A stretch of DNA of 32,000 bases. It comes from Myxococcales bacterium (GTDB lineage Bacteria; Myxococcota_A; Polyangia; Nannocystales; Nannocystaceae). A program made the translations under genes and the position numbers. The first letter of the stretch is position 1. Every line of letters starts with the position of its first letter. Positions 5,613 through 14,159 of this stretch are shown here, one piece after another. The stretch is taken from NCBI GenBank assembly GCA_020633315.1, contig JACKDV010000012.1, positions 1-32,000 on the forward strand. The letters run 5' to 3'. A model generated the notes under the pieces. That model ran no database searches and was not told the DNA's origin. It saw only the letters and a program-made list of their open reading frames with translations.

Positions 5613-8265
5613 CGAGCGCGCGCTCCAGGTCGAGTCGTACGGTGGCCATGAGCTGCTGTGTGCTCATCTCGGTGAGCGAAGCGGCCCCGTCGAACGACAG
5701 GACCTCGTCGGCCAGCGCTTGCTTGCTCGCGATCATGGCATCGATTCGCTCCTCGAGGGTGCCTCGGCACACGAGCTTGTGGACCAGGACGTTGCGCCGC
5801 TGGCCGATTCGATACGCTCGATCGGTGGCCTGGTTCTCGATGGCCGGGTTCCACCAGCGATCGAAGTGCACCACGTGCGAGGCGGCGGTCAGGTTGAGGC
5901 CCGTGCCGCCGGCCTTGAGCGAGATGACGAAGAACGGAGGCCCGTCCTCGTCCTGGAACTGCTCGACGAGCTGGGCGCGACGGCGCACGGGGGTCCGTCC
6001 GTCCAGCCGGAGCCCGGGTCGCCCGAAGGCGTTGGCGAGGAACTGCTCGAGTGGGCGCGTGGCCTCGCGGAACTGGGTGAACACGAGGACCCGCTGCTGG
6101 CGCGCTGTCCACGACTCGCAGAGCTCGGCCAGACGCTTGAGCTTGCCGCTGCTCGTCGGGTCCCAGACCCCATCGCCCAGCCAGTGCGAGGGATGGTTGC
6201 AGATCTGCTTGAAGCGCTGGAGATAGGCGAGGATCAGGCCGCGACGCGCCATGCCGTCGGCCTGCTCGACGTCACCGCGCAGCGAGTCCACCGCATCCTG
6301 GTACAGCGCCGCCTGTTGCTTCGCGAGCCCACAGTAGGCGACGACCTCGGTCTTGTCGGGCAGGTCTGGCACGATGGAGGGATCGGTCTTGAGCCGACGC
6401 AAGATGTAGGGCGCCACCAGCCGGCGGACGGGACCGTAGCCCTCTCCGCGCCGCTCCGTGGCTCGCACCGCGCGGCGAAACGCCGCCCGGCTGCCCAGCA
6501 GACCCGGGCACGCGAAGTCCATCAGCGACCACAGATCCTCGATGCTGTTCTCGATCGGCGTGCCCGTGAGCACCAGCCGCGCCCGGGCCCGTAGCTTCTT
6601 GGTGGCGCGTGCTTGATGGGTCCCTGGGTTCTTGATCGCCTGCGCCTCGTCGAGTATCGCCAGACCCCAGTCGTGATCGAGCAACCACTGGGTCCGAGCG
6701 AGCGTACCGTAGGTGGTCAATACCAGATCGACCCCGTCCACCTCGCGCCGAAGGGTCGCGATGCCATCGGGGCCCGCCGAGCGATGAGCGATGCGCACCT
6801 GCAGGTCGGGCGCGAACCGGGCCGCCTCGGCCTGCCAGTTGCTCAGCAGTGAGGCGGGAACGACCACCAGATGGGGACCTCCGACCCCCTCGTCGTCGAG
6901 CACCAGCAGCAACGCGAGGATCTGGATCGTCTTGCCCAGCCCCATGTCGTCGGCCAGACACCCGCCGAGCCCGAGGTGACAGAGCAGCCTCGCCCACGCC
7001 ACTCCCTTGCGTTGGTAGCTGCGCAGCTCGCCTACGAGGCGAGGGCCGGGATCGCAGCTCTGTCGCGTCTGCCCCAGCTGCTCGAGCACCCCGCGTAGCC
7101 ACTTGCCGGCAGACACTGCGGTCCACACCGGGCCGGAGCCCGTCGCGTCGTCGTCGGGGGACGACTCCGTGCTTGCTCCGGCCAGCCACCGCATGCCCTC
7201 GGCGAACGACAGCATGCCTTCCCGGGCTGCTTGCTCGATCGCGGCGAAGTGCTCGAGTGCTTGCCGGAGCCGCTCGGGATCGACCGCGACCCACCGCCCG
7301 CGAACCAATCGCAGGCCTGCGGCACCTCGAAGCAGCGCCCGTCGATCCTTGGCCGACAGCGTGAGACCGTCGAGCGCGAGCGAGACGTCGAAGTCGACGA
7401 GGCTCGCGAAGCCGAGCGTGCTGGGCTGCCGCTGGCCGACCGTGGCGTTGACTCGCACACGGCGAGCACCCCCATGCCACCAGTCGGGCACGCGCACCAG
7501 CACGCCCGCGGCCTCGCAGGCGGGAATCTGCTGCAGGAACGCGAACGCCTCCTCGGGGGTCCAACGAACCGCACGGTAGGCCTGACCGCTCGAGACGAGC
7601 TCGGCCATCAGAGGGCTGGTCGCCGCGGCGAGCTCGAGAGGGCGAAGCAATCGCAGCAGTGCCTGTCGATCGTCGGCAAGGGTGGTGAGCGCGTGCTCGA
7701 GCGTGCGGTGCAGGGGGCGACCCGAAGAATCGAGACCGTCGACGTAGGTCGCCACGAACGCGAACGGGTAGCTCGGATCGCGCTTGTTCTCGGCGAGATG
7801 GAAGTACACCCGACCGATGCCGTGCCAGGCGGCGTTCTGGCCCTCGAGCCATGGCCCGAGCTCGCCTCCGTGTCGACCGACGGCATGCCGTGCGGCTTGC
7901 TCCATCTGCCGCCAAGCATCGTCGAGCGTGGAGCGATCCACGTACTCGGCACCGAGCATCGGGGGGACCTGCAGCAACAAGCGATCGAATGTGCCGTCGG
8001 GGGGCACCAAGGGCTCGTCCTCGTTCAGGGTCCCCGTGCGACAGAGCACTTCGTAGAAGGCCCGGCCGAGTGCTCGCCCGAACGCGAGCTGTGGCGGCAG
8101 CTCGGCCCGGAGCATGGGGCCCGCCAGGTACAGCAGGCCAGGGCCCAGACCCCTCCCGAACGCTCGTCGCAGCGCGGCGGTGGAACGCGTGGCTGTGGGG
8201 GCGGTCTCGGCATCCACCCGCAGACGGCCACGGGGAGTGATCGACAGCGTCGGTGTGCTCGACAT
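5602..8265 (-). CDS. SNF2/SWI2-family DEAD-like helicase (ATPase) with a long N-terminal SNF2-associated region
   Basis: Motif I 'LADDMGLGKT', motif II 'LDEAQAIKN', motif III 'LTGTPIEN', and helicase-C motifs 'SLKAGGTGLNLTAASHVVHFDRWWNPAIENQATDRAYRIGQ'. The start is set at the ATG at 8265 (MSSTPTLS...). The ORF extension to 8556 overlaps the cysK-like 3' end and has Arg/Pro/Trp-rich junk composition. Confidence 0.85.
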   Translation of the reverse strand: MSSTPTLSITPRGRLRVDAETAPTATRSTAALRRAFGRGLGPGLLYLAGPMLRAELPPQLAFGRALGRAFYEVLCRTGTLNEDEPLVPPDGTFDRLLLQVPPMLGAEYVDRSTLDDAWRQMEQAARHAVGRHGGELGPWLEGQNAAWHGIGRVYFHLAENKRDPSYPFAFVATYVDGLDSSGRPLHRTLEHALTTLADDRQALLRLLRPLELAAATSPLMAELVSSGQAYRAVRWTPEEAFAFLQQIPACEAAGVLVRVPDWWHGGARRVRVNATVGQRQPSTLGFASLVDFDVSLALDGLTLSAKDRRALLRGAAGLRLVRGRWVAVDPERLRQALEHFAAIEQAAREGMLSFAEGMRWLAGASTESSPDDDATGSGPVWTAVSAGKWLRGVLEQLGQTRQSCDPGPRLVGELRSYQRKGVAWARLLCHLGLGGCLADDMGLGKTIQILALLLVLDDEGVGGPHLVVVPASLLSNWQAEAARFAPDLQVRIAHRSAGPDGIATLRREVDGVDLVLTTYGTLARTQWLLDHDWGLAILDEAQAIKNPGTHQARATKKLRARARLVLTGTPIENSIEDLWSLMDFACPGLLGSRAAFRRAVRATERRGEGYGPVRRLVAPYILRRLKTDPSIVPDLPDKTEVVAYCGLAKQQAALYQDAVDSLRGDVEQADGMARRGLILAYLQRFKQICNHPSHWLGDGVWDPTSSGKLKRLAELCESWTARQQRVLVFTQFREATRPLEQFLANAFGRPGLRLDGRTPVRRRAQLVEQFQDEDGPPFFVISLKAGGTGLNLTAASHVVHFDRWWNPAIENQATDRAYRIGQRRNVLVHKLVCRGTLEERIDAMIASKQALADEVLSFDGAASLTEMSTQQLMATVRLDLERALDAS

Positions 8266-8308
8266 CGCAGGGACCCACAGAGGCTGCCCTGTATTGGGGT
8301 GGCTGTGC

Positions 8309-8512
8309 AAGGATCTCGGCCCTTCGAGTGTCCGTGACCCCGCGCTCGGGCCATCGCAGGGGTAGGATCTCGTCCTCGTATGCGGCCACCCGCTCGCGCA
8401 GCTCGACGGCGATGAGCCACTCCAGCACGCGGGCCATGGCGCTGGTCTTGCCCAGCGCCCGATCCTCGATGACGCCCTTGGCCTTCCCCTCCAGCGATGA
8501 GCTGCTCTCGGC
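8309..8512 (-). pseudogene. Orphan remnant of an Rpn C-terminal tail (third copy in the window), with no nuclease domain
   Basis: Minus-strand translation 'LEGKAKGVIEDRALGKTSAMARVLEWLIAVELRERVAAYEDEILPLRWPERGV' aligns with 'AEGRADGILQGETKGMARMLERLLDTRGLEPTDELRERVAACKDENLLQRWFDRAV' of ORF 1556-1813. There is no in-frame stop before it runs into the SNF2 gene. Confidence 0.5.
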
Positions 8513-9442
8513 TCAGCCGCCAAGCCACCCCTTCGACAAGTAGCGGTCCATCCCATCGGGCAGGACGGCCACCACCGGCTCGTCCCCGCCGATGCGCTCC
8601 GCCACCCGCAGCGCCGCGACCACGGCCGTGCCGGCCGAGCCTCCGACGAACAGCCCCTCCTCGCGGATGAGCCTCCGGGTCATCGCGAAGGACTCCTCGT
8701 CCGAGACGGTCTCCGCCTCGTGCACCACCGAGCGATCGAGGTTGGTGGGCGCGACCGATCCCCCGATCCCCTCCACGGCATAGCGCCCGTCGGGACCCAG
8801 CTCCCCGGTGCGCACCCAGTGCGCCAGCACGGATCCCTCGGGATCGGCGAGCACGAGCCGCGCGCTCGATCCCCGCGCCGCCATGCATCGCCCCACTCCG
8901 GTCAGCGTGCCCCCCGTGCCCGCTCCCGCCACGAAGGCTGCCAGGCGCCCGTCCACCTGTTGCAGGATCTCGGGCCCGGTCCCGTGCTCGTGAGCGGCAA
9001 CGTTGACGGGGTTCTCGAATTGATCGGTCAGGAACCACCCGCGCTCTGCCGCCATGGCCCTCGCCACGTTCTGGAAATTGCGAGGATCGGAAGGCGGCGC
9101 GTCGTCGGTCACGATCACCTGGGCCCCCATCGCCGCGAGCGTGCGTCGCTTGTCCTCGGACATCTTCTGCGGCATCACGCAGACCAGCCGGTACCCATGG
9201 TGAGCCGCGACGAGGGCGAGCCCGATCCCGGTGTTGCCGGCGGTCGCCTCGATGAGCGTGGCGCCCGGCTCCAGCACGCCGCGCGCCCTCGCATCCTCCA
9301 CGATCGACACCGCGATCCGATCCTTGATGCTCCCGCTGGGGTTGAGGTGCTCGCACTTGACGAGCACCGGGGCGCCACGGCGGGGAATGTGTCGAAGCGG
9401 CAGGAGCGGCGTGTTCCCCACGGCATCGAGCAGGCTCGGCAT
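8513..9442 (-). CDS. cysK: Cysteine synthase / O-acetylserine sulfhydrylase family PLP enzyme
   Basis: 'NPSGSIKDR' (PLP lysine), 'TAGNTGIGLA', and 'AGTGGTLTG' motifs. Full-length 309 aa. Confidence 0.8.
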   Translation of the reverse strand: MPSLLDAVGNTPLLPLRHIPRRGAPVLVKCEHLNPSGSIKDRIAVSIVEDARARGVLEPGATLIEATAGNTGIGLALVAAHHGYRLVCVMPQKMSEDKRRTLAAMGAQVIVTDDAPPSDPRNFQNVARAMAAERGWFLTDQFENPVNVAAHEHGTGPEILQQVDGRLAAFVAGAGTGGTLTGVGRCMAARGSSARLVLADPEGSVLAHWVRTGELGPDGRYAVEGIGGSVAPTNLDRSVVHEAETVSDEESFAMTRRLIREEGLFVGGSAGTAVVAALRVAERIGGDEPVVAVLPDGMDRYLSKGWLGG

Positions 9443-9540
9443 GCCCGCTTCCTAGCACGGCCGACCACTCCCGAGCGGGGGGCGCTCCGTGAGCCCCGAT
9501 GCCACGCGACGACGGCGCTCGAGCGCGTCCCCGAGCCGAG

Positions 9541-10116
9541 CTACTGCTGCTTCTGATAGGTACCCACCAGCTCGCCGTGGCCGAGCACGTGTCCCTGCAT
9601 GGCCCGCTCGAGCTCGGCCTTGGTGGGCGCGTCGAGGTCGAGGGTGGTGTCGAGCGCGTAGAGCTTGTGGAAGTACCGGTGTCGCCCGCTCGGCGGGCAT
9701 GGGCCTCCGTAGCTCTGCTTGCCCCAGTCGTTCGTGCCGGTCTTGGCCCCGGCGGGAAGCGAGTCGGCTGCGTCGGCGGGCAGCGAGCCGAGGTCGGGAG
9801 GCAGGTCGAAGACCACCCAGTGCGTCCACACGCGCCGGGGGGCGTCGGGATCATCGACGACGAGGGCGAGGCTCCGCGTGCCCTCGGGGACCTCGGTCCA
9901 CGACAGCGGGGGCGAGAGGTCCTCTCCGTCGCAGGTGTGCTCGGGTGGGATGCTCCCACCGTCCTCGAAGGCAGCAGAGCTCAGCTTCATGGTCTCGGGT
10001 CCTTCGTCGAGGGGATCGGAGGCCTCGGGACCCATGGGACCCGTGCGGCACGACGCGAGCAGCCCGACCAGAACGAGCCCGCAGGGCCTCGTGTGGATCC
10101 CTCGCTTCCTCGACAT
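9541..10116 (-). CDS. YbhB/YbcL-family PEBP (Raf kinase inhibitor-like) lipoprotein
   Basis: 'DDPDAP', 'THWVVFDLP', and 'GRHRYFHKLYALD' motifs. Signal peptide with lipobox 'LLASC' if the start is the ATG at 10116. Confidence 0.8.
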   Translation of the reverse strand: MSRKRGIHTRPCGLVLVGLLASCRTGPMGPEASDPLDEGPETMKLSSAAFEDGGSIPPEHTCDGEDLSPPLSWTEVPEGTRSLALVVDDPDAPRRVWTHWVVFDLPPDLGSLPADAADSLPAGAKTGTNDWGKQSYGGPCPPSGRHRYFHKLYALDTTLDLDAPTKAELERAMQGHVLGHGELVGTYQKQQ

Positions 10117-10276
10117 CGTCCGTGCTCCTCGTTCCCATGTCCCACGCGCGCTCCAGGGAGGCCAGCGCAGTTGCTGCGGGGCCCGGAGGGGCACCGGCCT
10201 TCGACGAGCACATGCGCTGGCGGGGGGCGCCCCCCGGCCAGGGGGGGACTGCGCAGGTCGATCCTCCCTATCATGG

Positions 10277-11287
10277 ATGGGTATGTCGTCGGCGCTGAGC
10301 TACAACGAGAGCAGGAACTACTCCTCCGCCCAGATCGAGATGATCCAGGGCGTCGTGGGAGCCACCGCCGACGGTCGGTGGGGCCCCTCGACCGTCGATG
10401 CGGTGGAGCGGTGGCAGAAGGACCAGGGGCTGAGCGCGGACGGCAAGGTGGGGCCGCAGACGCTGGTGGCGATGTTCGTGCAGGCGCGCACGGCCGACCC
10501 GGGGCTGTGGCCGGTCGTGAACGTGGGCGCGTGGTCGGGGCAGAGCTCGCTCAACAACCCGAACGACGACGTGGCCTTCTGTGCGGCCCACGGGATCAAT
10601 CGGCTGTACGTGGTGGTCAACGATCACTCCACGTCGCGGTCGGCCCGTGACTTCGACACCTTCACGCGCAGCAAGATCGTCACCCTGAGCAAGGTGGCCC
10701 GGGACGCGGGAGTCGAGGTCCACCTGATGAGCTGGATCATGCCGCACGCGACCTACCTGAGGCAGGCGGCGGAGCAGCTGATCCCGCTGGTGGCCGACAC
10801 GGGAGCGCGCTCGCTGCAGTGGGACGCAGAGGAGCCGTGGACGCAGGCCGTGGACCCGCCCTCGTACGAAGAGGCGGCGCAGCAGGTGGCGAGGGAGCTC
10901 GCGAGCCTGACGGTGCCGATGGGCGTGACCGGGATCGGCTACACGCCGGCGGACAAGTTCGGGCCCCTGGCCGCGGTCTGCAAGACCCTGGTGCCGCAGT
11001 GCTACGCGACCAGCGGGGGGAGCCTCAAGCCCGAGTCGGCGGTGTCGAGCTGCGTGGACCGCTGGCGCAGCAAGGGCTTCGGCGGCGCGAGCCCGGCGTG
11101 GGAGATTGGCCTGGCGGCCTATCGCCAGGAGGGCATCGAGGGGCACACGGTGGCGTCGGCGATGACGGCCAGCCTCGACAACGCCCGCGCCTATCAATTC
11201 GACTCGGTCGTCTACTGGAGCCTGCGGCAGATCCGGGGCTCGGCCGAGGTGACCCAGGTGATCGGGTCGATCCGAAATCAGGGCTGA
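10277..11287 (+). CDS. Peptidoglycan-binding (PG_binding_1) domain protein with an uncharacterised C-terminal domain
   Basis: 'DGRWGPSTVDAVERWQKDQGLSADGKVGPQT' is the classic PG-binding repeat. The start is taken at the ATG at 10277 (alternative 10283). The upstream part of ORF 9719.. is antisense to the PEBP gene. Confidence 0.65.
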   Translation: MGMSSALSYNESRNYSSAQIEMIQGVVGATADGRWGPSTVDAVERWQKDQGLSADGKVGPQTLVAMFVQARTADPGLWPVVNVGAWSGQSSLNNPNDDVAFCAAHGINRLYVVVNDHSTSRSARDFDTFTRSKIVTLSKVARDAGVEVHLMSWIMPHATYLRQAAEQLIPLVADTGARSLQWDAEEPWTQAVDPPSYEEAAQQVARELASLTVPMGVTGIGYTPADKFGPLAAVCKTLVPQCYATSGGSLKPESAVSSCVDRWRSKGFGGASPAWEIGLAAYRQEGIEGHTVASAMTASLDNARAYQFDSVVYWSLRQIRGSAEVTQVIGSIRNQG

Positions 11288-11298
11288 CGCCCGCGGCG

Positions 11299-11317
11299 CC
11301 ATGCCCTGCGGGCATGG
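11299..11317 (+). terminator. Stem-loop downstream of the PG-binding gene
   Basis: ccatgccc-tgc-gggcatgg, a perfect 8-bp stem 12 nt after the stop. It is followed only by 'att', so the U tract is weak. Confidence 0.4.
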
Positions 11318-11411
11318 ATTCGTGGCTGTGCGGTGACACACGCCTGGCTGCCTGGGCTCGAATCGGGGGCCGGGATTTGCACGCCGGCTCCACCCGTGCG
11401 ACTGACCGCCC

Positions 11412-12698
11412 GTGCGATTCGAAGACATGGGCCTGATCCCAGAGCTGGTGAAGGCCGTTCACGACGCGGGCTACCGCGAGCCCACGCCAATCCAGCGAGC
11501 CACGATCGGGCCCGCGCTCGCGCGCCGCGACATCGTCGGCTGCGCCCAGACCGGCACCGGCAAGACGGCGGCCTTCGCCCTGCCCACGCTGCAGCACATC
11601 GACGAGACGGCGGGCGACGACCCGCGGATCCGCACCCTGGTGCTGTCGCCCACCCGCGAGCTCGCGGCCCAGATCGGCGAGAGCTTCGCGAGCTACGGGC
11701 GCCACCTCGAGATCTGGCACGCGGTGATCTTCGGGGGCGTGAGCGACAAGCCGCAGGTGAAGGAGCTGCGTCGCGGCATCGACGTGCTGGTGGCCACGCC
11801 CGGGCGCCTGCTCGACCTGATGGGGCAGGGCCACGTGGACCTGGGAGCGGTCGACACCCTGGTGCTCGACGAGGCCGATCACATGCTCGACATGGGCTTC
11901 TTGCCCGACGTGCGGCGGATCATCGCGGCGCTGCCCAAGCGGCGGCAGAACCTGCTGTTCTCGGCGACCATGCCCCCGGAGATCCGGGCGCTGGCGGCCG
12001 AGCTGCTGCACGACCCGGTGGACGTGGCGGTGGCGGCCGTGGCCGCGCCGGCCGACAACGTGGACCAGCGCCTCTACTTCGTGGACAAGGCCGACAAGCG
12101 CAAGCTGCTGCTGCGGCTGGTCCGCGATCCGGCGATGTCGCGCTCGCTGGTGTTCAGCCGCACCAAGCACGGCGCCAACCGAGTGGCCCAGTTCCTCGAC
12201 AAGGGCGGGGTGCGCTCGGCGGCGATCCACGGCAACAAGTCCCAGGGGGCCCGCACCCGCGCCCTGGAGGCGTTCAAGCGGGGGGACATCTCGGTGCTGG
12301 TGGCCACCGACATCGCGGCCCGGGGCATCGACGTGGAGGGGGTGACCCACGTGATCAACTTCGACCTGCCCAACGTGCCCGAGACCTACGTGCACCGCAT
12401 CGGTCGCACCGCGCGAGCGGGAGCCTCGGGGGTGGCGATGTCGCTGTGCGACGACGAGGAGCGCGAGTACCTGGTGGACATCGAGCGCCTGGTGGGCCAG
12501 CACCTGCGGCGGGTGGAGGACCACGATTTCCCGCCCAGTTCCGCCCTGCCGCCGATGACCGATCTCGAGGGGCGACGCCGAGCTCCGCCCAAGCGACCCT
12601 CGGGCGGAGGCAAGGCGCAGGGCCGGCCAGCGGGTCGTGGGCAGCCGCGCGCGAAGGCTACCAGCGGCCGACGACGATCTGCCCGCCGATCGCGTTGA
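11412..12698 (+). CDS. rhlE: ATP-dependent DEAD-box RNA helicase (RhlE-like) with a basic C-terminal tail
   Basis: Q motif 'TPIQ', 'AQTGTGKT', 'DEAD', 'SAT', '[10 protein letters not shown]'. GTG start at 11412 gives 'MRFEDMGL', typical of the family (alternative ATG at 11427). Confidence 0.85.
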   Translation: MRFEDMGLIPELVKAVHDAGYREPTPIQRATIGPALARRDIVGCAQTGTGKTAAFALPTLQHIDETAGDDPRIRTLVLSPTRELAAQIGESFASYGRHLEIWHAVIFGGVSDKPQVKELRRGIDVLVATPGRLLDLMGQGHVDLGAVDTLVLDEADHMLDMGFLPDVRRIIAALPKRRQNLLFSATMPPEIRALAAELLHDPVDVAVAAVAAPADNVDQRLYFVDKADKRKLLLRLVRDPAMSRSLVFSRTKHGANRVAQFLDKGGVRSAAIHGNKSQGARTRALEAFKRGDISVLVATDIAARGIDVEGVTHVINFDLPNVPETYVHRIGRTARAGASGVAMSLCDDEEREYLVDIERLVGQHLRRVEDHDFPPSSALPPMTDLEGRRRAPPKRPSGGGKAQGRPAGRGQPRAKATSGRRRSARRSR

Positions 12699-13689
12699 CG
12701 AAGCGCTTGAAGCCTCGCACGGCCGCGAATTCGTAGGTGAGGCCGAGGCCGATGTAGAGCTTGTGGGGCAGGGGAATCTTGCCCACGAGCTTGAACGGCA
12801 TCGACAGGCCCTTGTCCTTCTGCAGGGTGTCGTCGGCGAAGCGCAGCCGCGAGAAGCCCACGCCGGCACCGACGGTGGAGAAGTAGTACTTGCCCCCGAA
12901 GGCGAACAGCGCGGCGACGTGACCGTAGTTGGCCTTGGTGCGGCCGTTGAGATCGTCGCGGAGCTTGGCGCCGAGCAGGCCGCCGGCCACGGCGTACATG
13001 CCGAAGCCCGGGCTGAGGTTGACGCCCAGGCCCCAGTCCATCGCATACGAGGCGTGCCCGGCGTTGAATGCCGTGGGCTCGCGGCCCCCGTCGCGCCAGT
13101 GGCTGTAGGTCGCGCCCTGCATGGTGAAGGCGCCCAGCAGCGCGTGCTCCCGCTTCTCGCGACGCTCCTTGCGGCGCTTCTGGCCGGCGCTGAGCTCCTC
13201 CTCGGCCGCCGGCTCCTCGGCTGCCGGCTCCTCGGCTGCGGGGGCGGGGTCGGTGGTCGCGGGGGACGGCGTGGTGGTGGTCGAGCCCGCGGCCGCCGGG
13301 GTCGCGGGGGAGGTCGAGGCGGCTGGAGCGGGAGCCGGGGCCGGAGCAGGATCCACCGGGGGGGGCGTGGGGGCCGGCGCAGGAGCGGGCTCGGTGGCCA
13401 TGCGCACGCCGGTGATGTTGGCCTTGGGCACGGACTGCACCCGCCCGTCGCCCATCACCAGCACCACCGACTGGCCGTCGGCGCGCAGCAGCTCTCCCGA
13501 GAGCGTGCCGCCGGACATCTCCACGATCACCTGCCGTCCCACGAGCGCGTCCCAGGTAGCATCGTCGACCGCGGGCGAGGTGGTGGCGACGGGAGCCGCA
13601 GCCGGCTGGGCATCGGCGATCGCCGGGCTGGCCAGCGCCATCGTCACCCCGAGCACGGCGAGGGCACGCCTGGGACCGAGCGAATGCAC
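12658..13689 (-). CDS. Secreted protein: signal peptide, small beta-rich N-domain, Pro/Ala-rich linker, C-terminal OMP-like beta-barrel
   Basis: Signal '[19 protein letters not shown]'. Linker '[23 protein letters not shown]...[13 protein letters not shown]'. The C-terminal ~160 aa have alternating hydrophobic/Gly-rich strands ending in 'VVGRW' (aromatic terminus). Confidence 0.55.
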   Translation of the reverse strand: MHSLGPRRALAVLGVTMALASPAIADAQPAAAPVATTSPAVDDATWDALVGRQVIVEMSGGTLSGELLRADGQSVVLVMGDGRVQSVPKANITGVRMATEPAPAPAPTPPPVDPAPAPAPAPAASTSPATPAAAGSTTTTPSPATTDPAPAAEEPAAEEPAAEEELSAGQKRRKERREKREHALLGAFTMQGATYSHWRDGGREPTAFNAGHASYAMDWGLGVNLSPGFGMYAVAGGLLGAKLRDDLNGRTKANYGHVAALFAFGGKYYFSTVGAGVGFSRLRFADDTLQKDKGLSMPFKLVGKIPLPHKLYIGLGLTYEFAAVRGFKRFVNAIGGQIVVGRW

Positions 13690-13975
13690 GCCCCGAGCAT
13701 GACGCGTGGCTCATGGAGCATACAAGGGCGGGGGGACGTACGGTCGCGGCAGACTCGCTCGCCATGCGCAGGAGCGCGTCCCTGGTGGTCTCGTCGTTGC
13801 TGATGGCGTCGTGCGGGGCACGGGCGCGGTGGAGTACGCGCTGAGCCTACTCGATGCCGAGGGCCAGCCGATGGCGCCCGATCGCCCCGGCGTGATCCAC
13901 CTGCGGACCTGCGAGAGGTGAGGGACCTCGCCGCCGAGCTCCCCGGGCCACCGATCCAAGCGTCCGACAAAGCGC

Positions 13976-14004
13976 TTGCTGGGCCGAGGGGCGGGGGCTA
14001 GATT
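13976..14004 (+). promoter_or_regulatory. Candidate sigma70-type promoter for tRNA-Ala
   Basis: TTGCTG (13976-13981), a 17-nt spacer, then TAGATT (13999-14004), about 35 nt upstream of the tRNA. Confidence 0.35.
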
Positions 14005-14039
14005 CCCCCCGCGCCCGAGCCCGGGCGGCTCTTCAGCGC

Positions 14040-14112
14040 GGGGGATTAGCTCAGCTGGGAGAGCGTCGGCTTTGCAAGCCGAAAGTCACCGGTTCGATCC
14101 CGGTATCCTCCA
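14040..14112 (+). tRNA. tRNA-Ala(UGC)
   Basis: Canonical cloverleaf: acceptor GGGGGAT/ATCCTCC with the G3:U70 alanine identity pair, D arm gctc-agctggga-gagc, anticodon arm tcggc-TTTGCAA-gccga, T arm accgg-ttcgatc-ccggt. CCA is not fully encoded. Confidence 0.9.
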
Positions 14113-14118
14113 CCCTCT

Positions 14119-14153
14119 GGGGCCCGTTTCCGGCGAGAACGGGGGCGGGCCCC
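14119..14153. terminator. GC-rich stem-loop between tRNA-Ala and the convergent lipoprotein gene (possible bidirectional terminator)
   Basis: ggggcccg (14119-14126) pairs with cgggcccc (14146-14153). An alternative inner stem is cccgtt/aacggg. No clear U tract. Confidence 0.4.
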
Positions 14154-14159
14154 GTCGCA

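Noticed and set aside
8266-8556. N-terminal extension of the SNF2 ORF up to 8556.
   Set aside because: The extension overlaps the cysK-like 3' end and has junk-like composition (MGWTATCRRGGLAAEPRAAHRWRGRPRASS...). The same DNA in another frame carries the Rpn-tail-like remnant. A clean ATG at 8265 begins sequence that runs directly into the recognisable N-terminal domain.
13764-13844. 26-codon ORF 'MRRSASLVVSSLLMASCGARARWSTR' with a lipoprotein-like signal/lipobox in the gap upstream of tRNA-Ala.
   Set aside because: The mature peptide would be only about 10 aa. It may be a frameshifted remnant of a lipoprotein gene or pure chance. There is no supporting RBS or conservation that I can assess.
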